DNA of 64,000 bases from Balanoglossus misakiensis (GCA_040954595.2 CM082579.2:15476550-15540549), one strand, 5' to 3'; numbered from the stretch's first letter, positions 39,512 through 54,369 are shown. Translations and numbers: made by a program. Notes: generated by a model not told the origin, from the letters alone.

Positions 39512-41500
39512 ATCTGGAACGGTCGAATCAGCTTCCGGCGGAAGGAAGCAAAATCTGTCTTTGCTGAAGGCGAAGGTTACTCCCGGCTGTTCACGGTCAT
39601 ACGTCAACATCGCTACGCAAACGCTCACGCTCGCCATCGTTTACGATCGCATTTAACAGATATTCCTTGCATACCTACATTTAGTTCTTGTCTATCGTAT
39701 TAATCGTCGTCGTCCGTCTGTCATCGTTTTTCTAGAAGGTTTTTGAGAGTTTTTTAAAGGCCAAAGACTTCGGAGCACTGCAGTGAAGGAGGTAAGTTGA
39801 GTTTTCAGTGTGTACACAATGTTTGTTACTTTCGCTCGGGCGAACCAGTTCTAACTCTTGTGTATGTCTGAATTTGCCATGTTTCTGTAAGTGGGACCAG
39901 TTCAGAGTACACCCGAACAAGATGGATTCAGTTATTTTGTCGATGATTTTGTTTTCTTTTCTTTTTAGTCACTTGTCTAATAACTCTTTTCACTTTGAGC
40001 GTCCAGTTTTCACACTTGACTGAAAGTAGGGAGTTCAGAATCCAATATGGCGGCTACACGAACTGCCGTACACAGTAAAATATTCCGTAGTTCTAAAATG
40101 ACAATTTCTCGCTCTGACAACTTGGCAAAGTAGCTCATTGAAGTTATTTTCTATAAGCTGAGTAATTTTATTCACGTAATATATAGCATGCTGTGTTTTG
40201 TCTCCCTCGGGGAAACTTCCACTTGCACACAATCGTGGACGAGAGCCAATAGGTACTAAGCTTTGAAAGTAGTTTCAAATGATAGCCAATGAGATTAGCT
40301 GTAATATGGTATTTTGAGCAATATTGACAGTTTTTGACCAAAATTCCATTAAAATTAGCGTATGCAGATGTGGATATCTGGAGAAGTAGTTGGCCGATTT
40401 TGATTTTTTTTACTTCTTTAATGAAGATGCAAAGAAATATTTCATGAAAAAAATGAGCTATCATACAGATAAAATTTTCACTGTACTCCCAACTGAAACA
40501 CACCCCCTTCCAAATCCCCATGCGAACCAACTTGCTAATTGTTGTGACTTTTTTTGTAATTGTGCAAAGTTGCTGATTTGTCAACATTTTCGTTCTTTCC
40601 TTCTCGTGAAAAACTAAGTTAAACAACACCAAGTCCTTCTTTTGAAAGCTTAGATGTGAACTTTAAAAGCACAGGTTCGCACTTTCTTTTTATTTGTGTG
40701 CGACACTTATTAGCATAACAAACAGCAGGATGTGTATCACTTGTACTTGTAGTAGTTGTGTATGAAAGTCATATGCAAATTATGCTGGCACTTTCTCAAA
40801 TTGTCTCCACAATTCAGAAACAAAAATGATTAAGACTTTGGCACGAAGGTGTTATGAAAGGGGGCGTGGCGCATCTGTAACATAGGCTTGTTTCTGTGTT
40901 CTAATAGTCTAGTTTACAATTTCTCAGTCTAAGTTTACTACTCTCAAATTATAGTTTCATAGCCTACTAGTAACTTGTTTACTACTCTCAAATTATTTAA
41001 AGTAGCTGATAAAGTGTCATGTTATATTTTTTCTTTCTTTCAGTGTATTTCCTGACCTGTAGTTTCCAATGGAAAGGGTTTGGTTAAACGTTTGGCCGAC
41101 TTGTCTTTTATATTTATAATCAGTGCAATTTTTATGTTTGTCAGTTTGTAATTCTACAAATTTTTGAGATACATATATTGTTTCCTCAACATCCCACAAT
41201 ACTTTTGTAAAAGTCATTTACTCTGTCAGTGTTTTAGTCTTCTCTATTGTGTTTTCTTAATATTGATGTAATAGTGGTATCACTAACTTTTAATCTGTGA
41301 CTATATATACTGACATCAGTTAAGTCTAACTGTTATTAATTGAATATTAATATTTTATCCTAATTTTGCTTGGACTAATACATTGTTTACACTTTTTATA
41401 ATCCTAACCAGAGATTGCGTTTTTATTTTTTTATAAACCTAATCTTAGATAATTATTTTTTGTGCTTTTCCATAATAAAAGTGTTGCTTTTTTTCCTGAT

Positions 41501-44500
41501 ATGGATAATTCTGATAATCTAACTGTTGATCATTTCATGGAATGCACATTTATAGAGCAGGAGAAATTTCTAGGCCACAGAGGGATACGAGCAGATGATA
41601 AACAGGAGCAGCTGGCTGAAAACGAAGAAAAATGTACAGATGAAGAGTCAGACGTCAGAACAGACTGTTGGAGTTCCACGAGCGATTGCGGAACTGGTAC
41701 CAGCATAGCCAGTTTTTGCCCAGGTCACCAAAACATTGTCAACTCGGACAGCATTCCTGAATGCTCCCGTCCTGCCTCCTTGGTCGCAGCCACTCTTTCT
41801 ACTGCAAGCAGTTACACAACAACAACAATAGCAACACATGCATTCTCAAGTGATGAGCCTGGCGAGCACAGTTCTGCAGATGGTGTCGTTGCCGAGGAGA
41901 TGGATAATGACAGTGACGTGTCGCCTCCAAGAAAAAGATATCGTCGTTGCAGTCGCCGAATTTCCCAGCCATTGCGCAATTATACAACTGTTTACAATAT
42001 TCGTTGTTGTGACTCGAAATGCCTTCACTCATTCTCACCAAGCGAGCTGCGTGAAGAGGAGATGATGTTTAAAGACCTTGACAATGAGTCGAGACAAAAA
42101 CAGTTTATTATTGACACTCTCCGCCAGTTTTCTTCATTCACCTACTCAAAGAACAGAAGAAAGGCCATTGTCACGGACCTCAAAGTGCTTGGTAAGAAAA
42201 CATGTGAACAAGCATGGCGTGAAATCTATAATGTTAGTGAGAAAAGATACGAAGATTGTGTCAGACTTTTCCGTGACGGCAAGGTGAACATTGTACATGG
42301 CAACACACATATGAAAAGGTCAGCAGCCAAAACTGAGAGAGCCTTGTCGTGGATGCGGTTTTTATTTGAGCGAATCGGTGATTGGATGCCTCATAAGACT
42401 CAGGTAGGTTATTTCAAATCCTTATTTTAATTGAAGTTTCAAAGCTTCAACTCATGTCTGACAAACTTTGCACCAGTAACAAGGTGTGCCACATCTTTTT
42501 GAAAGTGTGAATGAACTGTGTAATACAGATGGAATACAGAAATAATCTTTACCAGATATAATCAACCGATTGAATTGACCAATTTTAATAGCTGTGATTT
42601 GAGAATTGTAGGGCCTTTGTGATCAGTTTAGGACCAACATCTGCGGTACTGTTTGTTTGTGTGCGAGTCCCTTCACTATAAAAACATGAGAACCACCTCA
42701 TGTGTCAAGTCATGTTGTATTCATAGGGTGATGCGTCCTGGACTTGCCCTTGATATCATCCTCTGCTCATGAACAAATTTTGTGTTTATAAACAACGAGT
42801 TTGTAACTTATGTTTGTACTGTACATGTTATCATTTATCTAGGTACATTTGCCAACATCATCTTCAAAGAAACTATTCCATAAAAGAATGCTGAAAGAGT
42901 TTGAGGAAGACTTGGGTATCAAGAAGGACGACAACATTAAATATGAGTATTTCACAGAAATATGGCAGAAACACCTGCCAGAATTTGTCATTCCAAAGGT
43001 TAGTAGGAAACATTTGGAGGAAATTTGTCATCAGTTGCATATGTGTCAGGACTAATTTTCAGATGATGCTTTTTAAAAGTTATTTCTGATTGAAGCTAGT
43101 CGATAGTTCAAGAGGGCATCAGCAGATGCTGACCAGAGGGGGGGGGGGGGTGTTTAGGGCAACTTTTGTCATTTTCAACCTAAAACATGCAACCACCAAT
43201 TGGGCATACTTTCTGCTATATAGTACTTAAATTGCTTTGCTGTCCTATTTTAGAGGTAATTAGATCAGCAGTAGACCATGTGTATCAAAGAAGTTAACAT
43301 TCTTGATTGTATCAATGAATAGATCAAGTGTAAATAATGTATCATTGATGTGATTTTTTTTCTGATTTTACAGCGTCAAGAATTTGTGAAATGTAGCATA
43401 TGTGTTCAGCTGAAGGAGGACCTTGCTCGGGCAAGAACAGCAACGGAAAGAGAGAAGATAAAGAATTTGATTGACACACATGTGCAGCAGGTTGAGTAAG
43501 TATACAGTTTGGGGAACTAAAAAAAACTAGATTGTGTATGAAAATGTAATCGGACAAGCTTGACAATGTCTTTAGAAATATTTTTTATTCAGTTTTAATG
43601 GAGAAGTACCGGTATGCTTTCATGACGATTTGATAGAATGGACTATAATTAACCCCTGAACATCTCTTTAATGTTACAGACCAGCTCATGAGTTTTTCTG
43701 AAATAGTTACTTTTACTAAAATGGACTGTTTTCATTACCGTAGGGTGTAAATGCAGGTTCAACTCAATGAAAAATATGTATGTTGTGTACACAATTATAA
43801 TTTCATTGTTTCTTTACAGGATTGAAAGACGGGTGTACCACAATACACAAGAACAAGCTAGAAAAGAGGCAGATGAAGTAATGTGTATAATCCAAGATGG
43901 CATGGACCAAGCAAAAACCTGTATTCCCCATCTTGTTGAGAATGACAAGTTGACTGCATGTCTTGCTCGTATAAGACTTCATCTTACTGGTAAGAAGATA
44001 TTTTAGAAGGGTTGGTTGGCCATGGCATCTGTATGTTTTCTTTGGTTATGTGTACGTCAGTCAAATGCCACATCATGAGGTTTTGTTGTGCAAATGTACC
44101 CCACTGTGTTACACATGAATTATTGTCAGTCAATTATCTTTTGCTCCGTTTGTTTTTTACTGAACACATACACATTCATATTTTTACATTTTAGGAAATA
44201 TCATTCACACAAATGTACCAGGGGGCAAGATAGTGCCAGCGTATTTGGATGTACTGAACTTTCCACATGACAGCAATCTGTCGATGAACCTCCTTTTGCA
44301 GACTTTGGTAGACAACAAAGTCAGACTATCAAGGAGATTGTTTGCCCAGATGGACAATTGTTACCGAGAGAACAAGAATAGATACATGCTGTCTCTTGGA
44401 CATCTTCTGGTTGAGTTGAACATATTTGACCAGGTAATAATTTATTTACTTCATGTACAGTTGCATGCAAACTATACCATTACTATATTGTTGGTCAATT

Positions 44501-47500
44501 ACATTGCATATCGTTTGTCCCCATTGTTTAATTTCTGTCCATTTGGGTATGAGGAATTGCCACAGGTTGTTCACTGAGGTCAGTCATCAGGTGATTCTGC
44601 ATGATTCAGTATAGTTATTTAGACAAACAGGTCACAATGTGTAACATGAATAGAGTAAACTTATTTTCAAAAGTTAGAGCTGCTATCCTTTTAAACTTGA
44701 TGTAAACTGGACTCGGGGTATGTTCATGACAGATCAAATCCTTTCAAATGAACAAAAGGGTACTCTCACACCCCTGTTACAGTCAAAGGATCTGGCAGTT
44801 GTCACTTCTTTGATTTTTAACTTTATGTTAGTGGGTCCATCAGACCAGACAAAAAAAATCTCTGTGGTTTAACCTTGCATAAATATTAGTCCCAGACCTT
44901 AGACCAATGAATTTGCTCACCCCTGTGAACAGCTGATGTGTGTAGGAGCCCTTGTCTTACAATTGCAAAATGTTAATCATTCTTATCAGTGTATAAATTT
45001 TAATGATAGAATTTAGTTTAATATCTCATGCAGTTCGTCAAGTATATGCTGATCATGTTTTTTTGAAATCAGTAGAAATGTACATTTCTTTCAAGTCAGA
45101 TATTGTCACTTCATGATTTTGAACATGGCATTGTTTATGCTACACTATGCATTGAATGTATATATATATTTGACATGTGTCGACCCTGCGCATAACTGTC
45201 AATCTTATGCTCCATCGATGTTGAAGTGTATTGAATACATAGTTTTGATAGATACGTAAACATACCCCTTAAAACTGATTGAATGAGTTCTTTTGTGTTC
45301 TGTTGCAGGTTGACTTCCACTTCCTACCAGTTGGACACACACATGAAGATATTGATCAACTGTTCTCATGCATTAGTAAACTACTCCGGAAGACAAATGT
45401 GTATACTATGGCAGGTGAGACAGTTGTCATCAACTTTCGATTAAGATTGTATGATTATCACTTTTTGACTGATAAAATCAGCTACTTTATAGTTCATATT
45501 CTAAATCTGCAAAAATATGCAATTAAGTAAAAAAAAACGTGTAAAAATGGTCAAAAATAAAATCTCACTACTAGGCAAATTGGTGAACAGGTACCTAAGG
45601 TTGAGACTTCATATACTTTTCTTAATTTTGTATCTTGGCAATTTTCTTCACATATGGTAAAGAATCCACTCTGAATTGGCTTGCCAAATTGCTTTGAAAT
45701 TTGGATGACAGACAGATTTGTCTATAATTGGTTAAAAAACTACAATCACAAAACAGGAAGTGTTGTGTTCTGAATATAACTCTGGTGTTCTCAGCACAGA
45801 ATGACAGACAAGTAATCATTTTAGTGTCATTAGAACTCTCATTCTAAGCGTGTAGAATCTGAGATACAGTAGGGCCAATATCTACACAATCATCATTCAG
45901 GTCAGTGTTCAAAAGTAAAATAAAAGGTTAGATCTAGAGAATAGGAGATATGTAATAATGATATAGAGAATAGGAGATATGTTATAATGATATCACGGGC
46001 TGTTTGGTGATATGAAGGAACTGGCTTATAGTTTGGATGCCTTCAAAGCATGGAAGACCATAGGAGAAAAAAATCCAATTAAAGTCATTCTGATATGCCT
46101 GATGCACTAGTGTAAAGCATGTTATTGGAACTGCACAATTTTACTGTTGTCCTCAAGGTAATATAATGGTACAGCCTGATCTGAAACCAGGAATATTATT
46201 ACCTATTAAACACCCCTGTGATTTTTTTTGTCTGCAGATATGGAGCGGATTATCACTGGCTGTTATAATGTACCTGTCTTCGTGAAACATGTAACTCATG
46301 TGTTTGATATTAAAAAGTGGTTGGTCCCACACATGAGCAAATATTTCAGAGGACAGTCGAAACCATTGTGTTTTCAGTTCAAGAAAGTAGATGGGCAGAC
46401 CAGAATGCGTTATCGGCACTACTCTACATCTGTCTGGAGGCCAACAGTCCAGTATCAGCAGGGAACCACCACACCAATTGATGAAAGTTTGGGGCTAAAG
46501 TGCTTACAGGTATTTATATTATATGATTTATATGCATCAATATAGAAGTTTGCAGTGCCCTGAAGACGTAACATGAAAAGGGGGACCATGCAATATTAGT
46601 ACTGAGCCGATTTGACATTTTTAAACTTATTTTAATGAGATCGACTTCTGTCATATCATGAGAGCAATTGGGCAATTTTGAATCAAAATATTTCCACCAG
46701 TTACAATTTACAAAAATCCTTTTGCCTGAACTGAAAATATTTTAAAATTGTAGTACTGATCAATGTACATGCTGTTTATCTCATAGAGTGTGCCAGATAT
46801 CAATGACGTTCCAGATTTTGTACAGCCATGCATAGAAAAAATGGACCCTGTGAAGCTAAAGAAGGATATCCCAGACAGTTATGAATGGAGAATACCCAGG
46901 GATGCTGACAGAGAGTGCCTGAGGGACTTTGTGGAAAATGTTGAAATATATGAACAGGTGTGTTATACTTCAGACATAAAAGGCATACTGGATATGACAG
47001 TTATTTTCAGAACACATATTGCAGAGAAAGAACATGCAATATAACATTCCTTTTGAAAAGCATAATTCCTTTGAGTGGTGAATTAACTATAAACTTGCAA
47101 TTTTTCTTAGTCTTTGCGGACAGCGTCAGGGGGACTGGGCTCTGTCCAGTCCTGGGGGGGGGGGGAGGGTATGGTCAATCTGCCCATCTATCTGTCAGTA
47201 CATGTGTCCGCCGCAAAGAACATGATAAATTTGAAGACATGGCTTGTTGCAGATAAGCGTTTTCCTAACTGCTCGAGTTTTTCTTTCGTGGATAATTATT
47301 ATTATATATTATGCACTCTGATTCACTTGTAGGTTCCACCAAACAGACCAACAACATGGTTTTTCCATGATCTGATTGAAGCAGCAGACCAAAGAAGGCA
47401 AAAGGAAACAGAACAGACACTACCAAGCCACCTTGAAGTGATCAGGACAAGAATTGAAAGAGAGTGTGATGATGTAAGTAGCATTTTAATTGTAACTATC

Positions 47501-48266
47501 ACTGGTTCAAGACAGAATTACACTAATGATAAATAGTGTTCTGAAAATGTACATGTGGATATATAGTGAATCAACATTCAACCACACACAACTTCCATCC
47601 CACTTGCAGAAACACACAAGTGAAAAATTCAAAAATTCAACTTGCGAAAATAAAATGTTTTACATTAATTAATGGGAAAAAGGCAGGGAGAGAGAGACTT
47701 TGTCCCTTTAATGTGGGCAGCACGTACTTAGTATATTGGCAAAGTAAAATTATTCCTGTCGACGGCAAAGGAGTAGATGTCTGTACATGCCAAAATTAGG
47801 CTCAGCTAGACTGAACTTGCCCTGGGTTTGGAGTTTGCCTGAAAAAAATTCAATTCTCTTTTAGACTATCAGCCATTTCAACTAGAAAAGCTAAATTAAA
47901 GGGTAACTTCACCTTTAAAGGGGACTATTTTTCATGACAGGCTTGATCATGATTTTTTTCTTTATTGTTAATAGCAAAGCCATTTTGGAAAGAAAAATTA
48001 TGAAAAGTGAAAACTCAATGTGATAAATAAAGTGTTAAATCTTATCAATCTTATAAAAAAAGACCTCTAAAAGTATTTTATTCTTTTTTTTTTCTTTTTA
48101 ATAGGTCATTATTGGAAGGACACCACGACCAATTAGTAGGGCAACAAATGACCAAGGAGATTGTAACAATAGGAATGGATTGGATACCAATGCAGTCTTG
48201 AATGTTGACAACTTTGAAACGTTACAGGAAGATATGTTTGTGGCTGTGTACATACACTATACCAAA
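41501..48266 (+). CDS. Multi-exon Sola-like / DUF7869-type DDD transposase; start uncertain, 3' end cut by a tandem repeat
   Basis: Exons ...-42403, 42843-42998, 43374-43495, 43820-43989, 44195-44433, 45309-45414, 46238-46509, 46787-46957, 47333-47473 and 48105-~48266 splice in frame. Motifs: CCDSKCL, IGDWMPH, FVKCSIC, IIQDGMDQAKT, AQMDNCYRENKN, FLPVGHTHEDIDQLFS. Confidence 0.85.
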
Positions 48267-50553
48267 TGGCTAATTTGCCTCCCTTTGCCAGGGTGGGTAA
48301 AGTGCGGTTAAATATATGGGGGTACCTTTGACCAGGTGTATGTATTACTGTATATTTCCTTTGTTTCCCAGCAGTTACAAGATATGCCCAAACTTGTAAC
48401 TTTAACCCTGTTTTACCTCATGATGACAAAGAAATACACTCAACTGTTCATCGCTTTTGACCTGGGGTCACAGGAAAATGAAGTACCTCTTTTGTCTTAA
48501 TTATTCACCCCCCTTGCATTGTGACAAAGGCTCTTGTTTGACACCAGTGTAAAAGCAAGTAGTTTACACATTCTTTGTTAGTACGTCATAGTAGAGTTCA
48601 GATAAAACTTTTCCAACCCAAATAAAGTTGTTATTTTGAAATACTTTGACGGTAAGAAAACGTAGAGAAAATTTAGTCCTGTTTTCCATTGTGAAAATGG
48701 CTCCTTATATTGAAGTTTACCCGGGCGATAAAGGTGTGCGTATTTGATGAAACATCATAGTGACAAACAATAAAGTTTCCATATTGTTTACTGAGGTTAT
48801 CAAAGGATTGATAAATGACATGCAACATCACTCTGTAATAATTGGCTAATTTACCTCTCTTTGCCTGGGTGGGTAAAGTGCGGTTAAATATATGGGGGTA
48901 CCTTTGACCTGGTGTAGGTATTACTGTATATTTCCTTTGTTTCCCCGCAGTTACAAGATATGCCCAAACTTGTAACTTTAACCCTGTTTTACCTCATGAT
49001 GACAAAGAAATACACTCAACTGTTCATCGCTTTTGACCGGGGGTCACAGGAAAATGAAGTACCTCTTTTGTCTTAATTATTCACCCCCTTTGCATTGTGA
49101 CAAAGGCTCTTGTTTGACACCAGTGTAAAAGCAAGTAGTTTACACATTCTTTGTTAGTACGTCATAGTAGAGTTCAGATAAAACTTTTCCAACCCAAATA
49201 AAGTTGTTATTTTGAAATACTTTGACGGTAAGAAAACGTAGAGAAAATTTAGTCCTGTTTTCCATTGTGAAAATGGCTCCTTATATTGAAGTTTACCCGG
49301 GCGATAAAGGTGTGCGTATTTGATGAAACATCATAGTGACAAACAATAAAGTTTCCATATTGTTTACTGAGGTTATCAAAGGATTGATAAATGACATGCA
49401 ACATCACTCTGTAATAATTGGCTAATTTACCTCTCTTTGCCTGGGTGGGTAAAGTGCGGTTAAATATATGGGGGTACCTTTGACCTGGTGTAGGTATTAC
49501 TGTATATTTCCTTTGTTTCCCCGCAGTTACAAGATATGCCCAAACTTGTAACTTTAACCCTGTTTTACCTCATGATGACAAAGAAATACACTCAACTGTT
49601 CATCGCTTTTGACCGGGGGTCACAGGAAAATGAAGTACCTCTTTTGTCTTAATTATTCACCCCCTTTGCATTGTGACAAAGGCTCTTGTTTGACACCAGT
49701 GTAAAAGCAAGTAGTTTACACATTCTTTGTTAGTACGTCATAGTAGAGTTCAGATAAAACTTTTCCAACCCAAATAAAGTTGTTATTTTGAAATACTTAG
49801 TCGGTAAGAAAACGTAGAGTTAAATTCAGTCCTGTTTTCCATTGTGAAAATGGCTCCTTATATTGAAGTTTACCCGGGCGATAAAGGTGTGCGTATTTGA
49901 TGAAACATCATAGTGACGAACAATAAAGTTTCCATATTGTTTACTGAGGTAATCAAAGGATTGATAAACGACATGCAACACCACTCTGTAATAATTGGCT
50001 AATTTACCTCTCTTTGCCTGGGTGGGTAAAGTGCGGTTAAATATATGGGGGTAACTTTGACCTGGTGTAGGTATTACTGTATATTTCCTTTGTTTCCCCG
50101 CAGTTACAAGATATGCCCAAACTTGTAACTTTAACCCTGTTTTACCTCATGATGACAAAGAAATACACTCAACTGTTCATCGCTTTTGACCTGGGGTCAC
50201 AGGAAAATGAAGTACCTCTTTTGTCTTAATTATTCACCCCCCTTGCATTGTGACAAAGGCTCTTGTTTGACACCAGTGTAAAAGCAAGTAGTTTACACAT
50301 TCTTTGTTAGTACGTCATAGTAGAGTTCAGATAAAACTTTTCCAACCCAAATAAAGTTGTTATTTTGAAATACTTTGACGGTAAGAAAACGTAGAGAAAA
50401 TTTAGTCCTGTTTTCCATTGTGAAAATGGCTCCTTATATTGAAGTTTACCCGGGCGATAAAGGTGTGCGTATTTGATGAAACATCATAGTGACAAACAAT
50501 AAAGTTTCCATATTGTTTACTGAGGTTATCAAAGGATTGATAAATGACATGCA
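48267..50553. repeat. Tandem repeat, 576-bp unit, about 4 near-identical copies
   Basis: tggctaattt(a/g)cctc..tttgcc.gggtgggtaaagtgcgg starts at 48267, 48843, 49419 and 49996. Confidence 0.97.
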
Positions 50554-51281
50554 GTAAAATAGTGACATGACAAAAGATTTGGTGTCAAACGTTCCACCAT
50601 CCAGCAAGCTTTTGTCACCTGCAAGAAGCCATTGACTGAGATAGGAGACAGTCATTGCGTCTTGAACTGTTTATGTGCATTTCTGCTTTTCTTCCTATCT
50701 TCAATCTTGCTGGTATTTTTGCGTCAAACTTTGTCATGTAGTACAACGAAAAGCTGGTGAGCAGTTACTAGTCGTGAATTTTGTATTCGGGCAGATTTTA
50801 TTTTCACCAACGAGCAGTCGCACACTTGTACTCGTTTTGCGATTAATCGCACGATGATCCGTTTTTGACTTTCCTCGACTCATACAACAGGTCACATTGA
50901 CCCTTTTCGGTGGTGCCTGTCTTTGCGTCCACCACAGCATGTGGACTTATTCATGTAAATAAATAATAATTGGAGTGATAAAACAAATTTTCTGGTCTAC
51001 AAACGTACTCCTCCCTTTCTCTTAGGGTCACGACGTTACTTCCGGTTTGAACCTAGCAGTGTCACGCGTGTCGCTTTCTGTGCGCAATCGACTTATGTTT
51101 CGTAGGTTATGTAAAGGAAACTCTGTTTGAACGAAAAACCAATCCAATTTTTATAAGTTAACTGTCTTAGCATCTTTCTATGAGGAAAGTACTATCGATT
51201 TTGTTCCGAGTCGTGATTTTTTTGGGGTGTTTTTTCACTCCGTATGTCAGCTGGCATCATGGCGTACGGTTGCCAACGATC

Positions 51282-54200
51282 CAGCTCTGCGTATAGGTCT
51301 GTGTGTTCCCGGTGCAGGCCATGCAACGCCGGGAACACACAGACCTGTAGTCAAGTAGAACTGACCCCAAAATTGGCATAACCGTGAAGTACGGTACAAA
51401 TGCGATTTTTTTGCAGAAAATGATAGTTGAGGGGGTACTGACTCGGAATCAGGTTGATGCCACCTTGGCACCCTTGAGCATTTTTTTTAATTAACGTTTT
51501 AATCCACGCCCACATTTTAAATCTTATAATTACAAAGCCAAAAATGCAATTCATATAAATAATGTCTTGTTTGGTATCAAACTAAAGCTAATGACATGTG
51601 AAAAGTAAATATGAACATTATAAGGTTATACGGTCAATGTCAAGGTCATATAAGGGCATATTAACATTAAACTGGCCACGCCCCTAAACTGAAACATAAT
51701 TAAAGAAGAAAAACATATCATGTTTGTTATCAAAATGAAGCACACACGATGGAGAAAACAAAAATGAGTATTAAAAAGAGCACATGAAATGTTTTAACAC
51801 CAAAATTTAATTGCCATGGTAATAAGGGCCATATCTTGCCGGGTTGGGGGGGGGGCAGCTTTCATTTTATAGCGATGTTATTTCCTTGGCCATAGTTCAC
51901 AAAAGGTCAAAGAGGTTATTACTGCTTCTTTGGCTTTGCACTCACTTTAGAATCGCTAATTTGTATCCAAAACTGGGCACCGGGGCGTTTTCGAGTTATT
52001 GGCTTCCAAATTATATTGGGTAACTTATGTAGAAAACCCTAAAATGCATATGAATTGACGTAAGGGGGATGTATTAGTCTTGTAAAAGACTGTCTCTCTG
52101 AACGTATACCTAAAACAACTGGGATGTATTTGATATCAAAAGAAAGCTTAATAAACAAGCTTTCCATTAATTACAAAATAAAAGTGATATGACAAATCAT
52201 GACATCATAGTGACGTCATAAGTCAAAATACCCTTATGAAAATGGTGTTCTGTTTACCTATAAATGTGAGGTTTTGAAAAACACGTCTCTGTGCAATTGT
52301 ACTGAAGAAAACTGTGATGTGTTTGGTATCAACAGAAAGTTATTACAAAATTGAAAAATGATATGGTAATCAATTACATCATCATTACATCATACTTCCA
52401 AGTGCCCTTACCAACTAGTAACTATGATGACAAGTTACCTAGGAGATAGGTGCCTTTAATATGAATTGTTGGTAAGGAAGGTTTGAGAAGTCCATTCTAT
52501 GTAACAAATGGTGCTGATTCCAAAAAGGTCAGTCTTATTGACCCCACTCAAGATAACATTGCCATTTTTGCTGCTTTTTGCCGAAAAAGGTCATTTTTAG
52601 AAAACAATTAAAAACAAACTTTTTTTCTCTATAATTGGATTTGATGATGTATGAAGTAGTGACTTTTCCAAAAAAAGCACTCTTACTGTTCACTTTATTC
52701 TTATTTTGTTCACTTTGCTTAAAAGGTAATTACTGTTACAAAAAAATAAAAAAAAAAACTTATTTTTTCATATTCAGAGATCTTATGAAGTATGGAAAGT
52801 CCATTTTTGTTGAAAGGGAGTCGATTCCAAAACCATTCTTTTCTTCTTACAAAATTGTCATTTTGTCTTTTTTTGTCAAAAAGTGCTATTTCAAGAACAA
52901 ATGAAAACAAACTGTTTTCTTCGTATTTAAATAGTTAATGATGAATGGAAAGTCCATTTTTTGCAAAAAATATGCTGATACCAACACAAGTCTTATTGAG
53001 ACACGCCACTAAATACAAAATTGCCGTCTTTTGGTCAACAATTGTCTTTTTCAGAAAACAAAATAAAATATATGTTTTGCCTTTTGAGTTCTGATGTTGT
53101 ATTTGCTTATTTAAAACGTCATAACCATATGATATCAGTTGAATTGATGATATTGAAAGACAGAGTTGCCACAATTTGGCACATTTAACCTAAAATGGAA
53201 CTCAACAATAAACGCGACCATCCATGCATACACACTATCTACTAAAAGTCGATTATACATGGTATGAAATGTTTATGTAGAGATATACCAGCTCCGGAGA
53301 AATTGTTGACATTTATCCTTTTCAATCTAAATACAAAAACAGAAATTATATTATATCATGATACCTCCGTCATTCTGATTGGACAGTAGTGCAATCCAAC
53401 GATGCTAAATACTCAATAGAGCACGGCTAAAACTGCCCCTGAACTAGATTTGTTACTTCTTTTCCTCTTGACGCTGGTTCATCATCAATATGAGTTCAAT
53501 TTGGGCTAACACCAAATGCAAACATTCTTTTCTCTAGAAAATGTTTAAAATGATAAATTTGTCTTCAGTCGGTCTATTTAGGCAATAAATGGCCAAAAAG
53601 GCAATTTTGACTAGAGTGGGATCAACCGTTTTTGGAATAGTCACCAAAATTTTATATAAAATGAACTTTTCTTACATAATCAGATCTCTAAATATGAAGA
53701 AAACAATTTGTCTTTAGTTTAAAAGAAAATGGCATGTTTTAGTATTTTCTAAAAATGACCCTTTTTGGACAAAAAGTATTTCCATCTTTATTGAGATTAA
53801 TAAGACTGCTTTTTTCTGGAATCAACACCAATTTTTCCATAAATGGACTTTTCATACATCATAAAATCTCCAAATATTTTTAACGTTTGACCTTGAAATT
53901 GACTATCTGGGATTTTGAAAAAATGTTATGCTCGTTATCATGCTTATATTTGCTTCATACGTGACATTAGCTTCAGTTTGATACCAAACATGGTATAATT
54001 ATCTTCTCTCATAATATCAAGGTCAAATGGGCGTGGTCAATTTTAACGTTTGACCTTGAAATTGTCCATCTAGGGTTTTAAAATACCATTTAATATGTTT
54101 AATTTTGCTTTTTACATGACATAAGCTTCAGTTTGACACCTAATATGGCATGTACGTTACTGCAATGCATGTGTCTTTGGTAATTATATGCATTAAAAGT

Positions 54201-54369
54201 GGGCGTGGCTTAAAACGTTAATTAAAAAAAATGCTCAAGGGTGCCAAAGTGGCATCAACCTGATTCCTTATCAGTATCCCTCCAACTATCATTTTCAGCA
54301 AAAAAATTGCATTTGTACCGTACTTCACGGTTATGTTGAGGTTCTACTTGACTACTGTACGCAGGGTTA
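51282..54369. mobile_element. Palindromic MITE with a perfect 9-bp TSD, split by a 3-kb nested insertion
   Basis: ccaacgatc|cagctctgcgtataggtctgtgtgttcccgg...ccgggaacacacagacctg[insert]ctgtacgcagggtta|ccaacgatc. Confidence 0.85.
51348..54354. mobile_element. Non-autonomous Academ-like DNA transposon, 3.0 kb, long imperfect TIRs, 3-bp TSD
   Basis: CTG|TAGTCAAGTAGAAC ... GTTCTACTTGACTA|CTG. Inverted homology continues for over 200 bp (accgtgaagtacggtacaaatgc, aatcaggttgatgccac, ttgagcatttttttt). No convincing ORF inside. Confidence 0.8.

Noticed and set aside
41520-41555. LINE endonuclease start (LLIISWNA)
   Set aside because: A stop follows immediately and no other APE or RT motifs are present; probably chance.
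50555-51000. Possible coding fragment after the 576-bp array
   Set aside because: Only short ORFs are present, with no motifs or consistent splice pattern.
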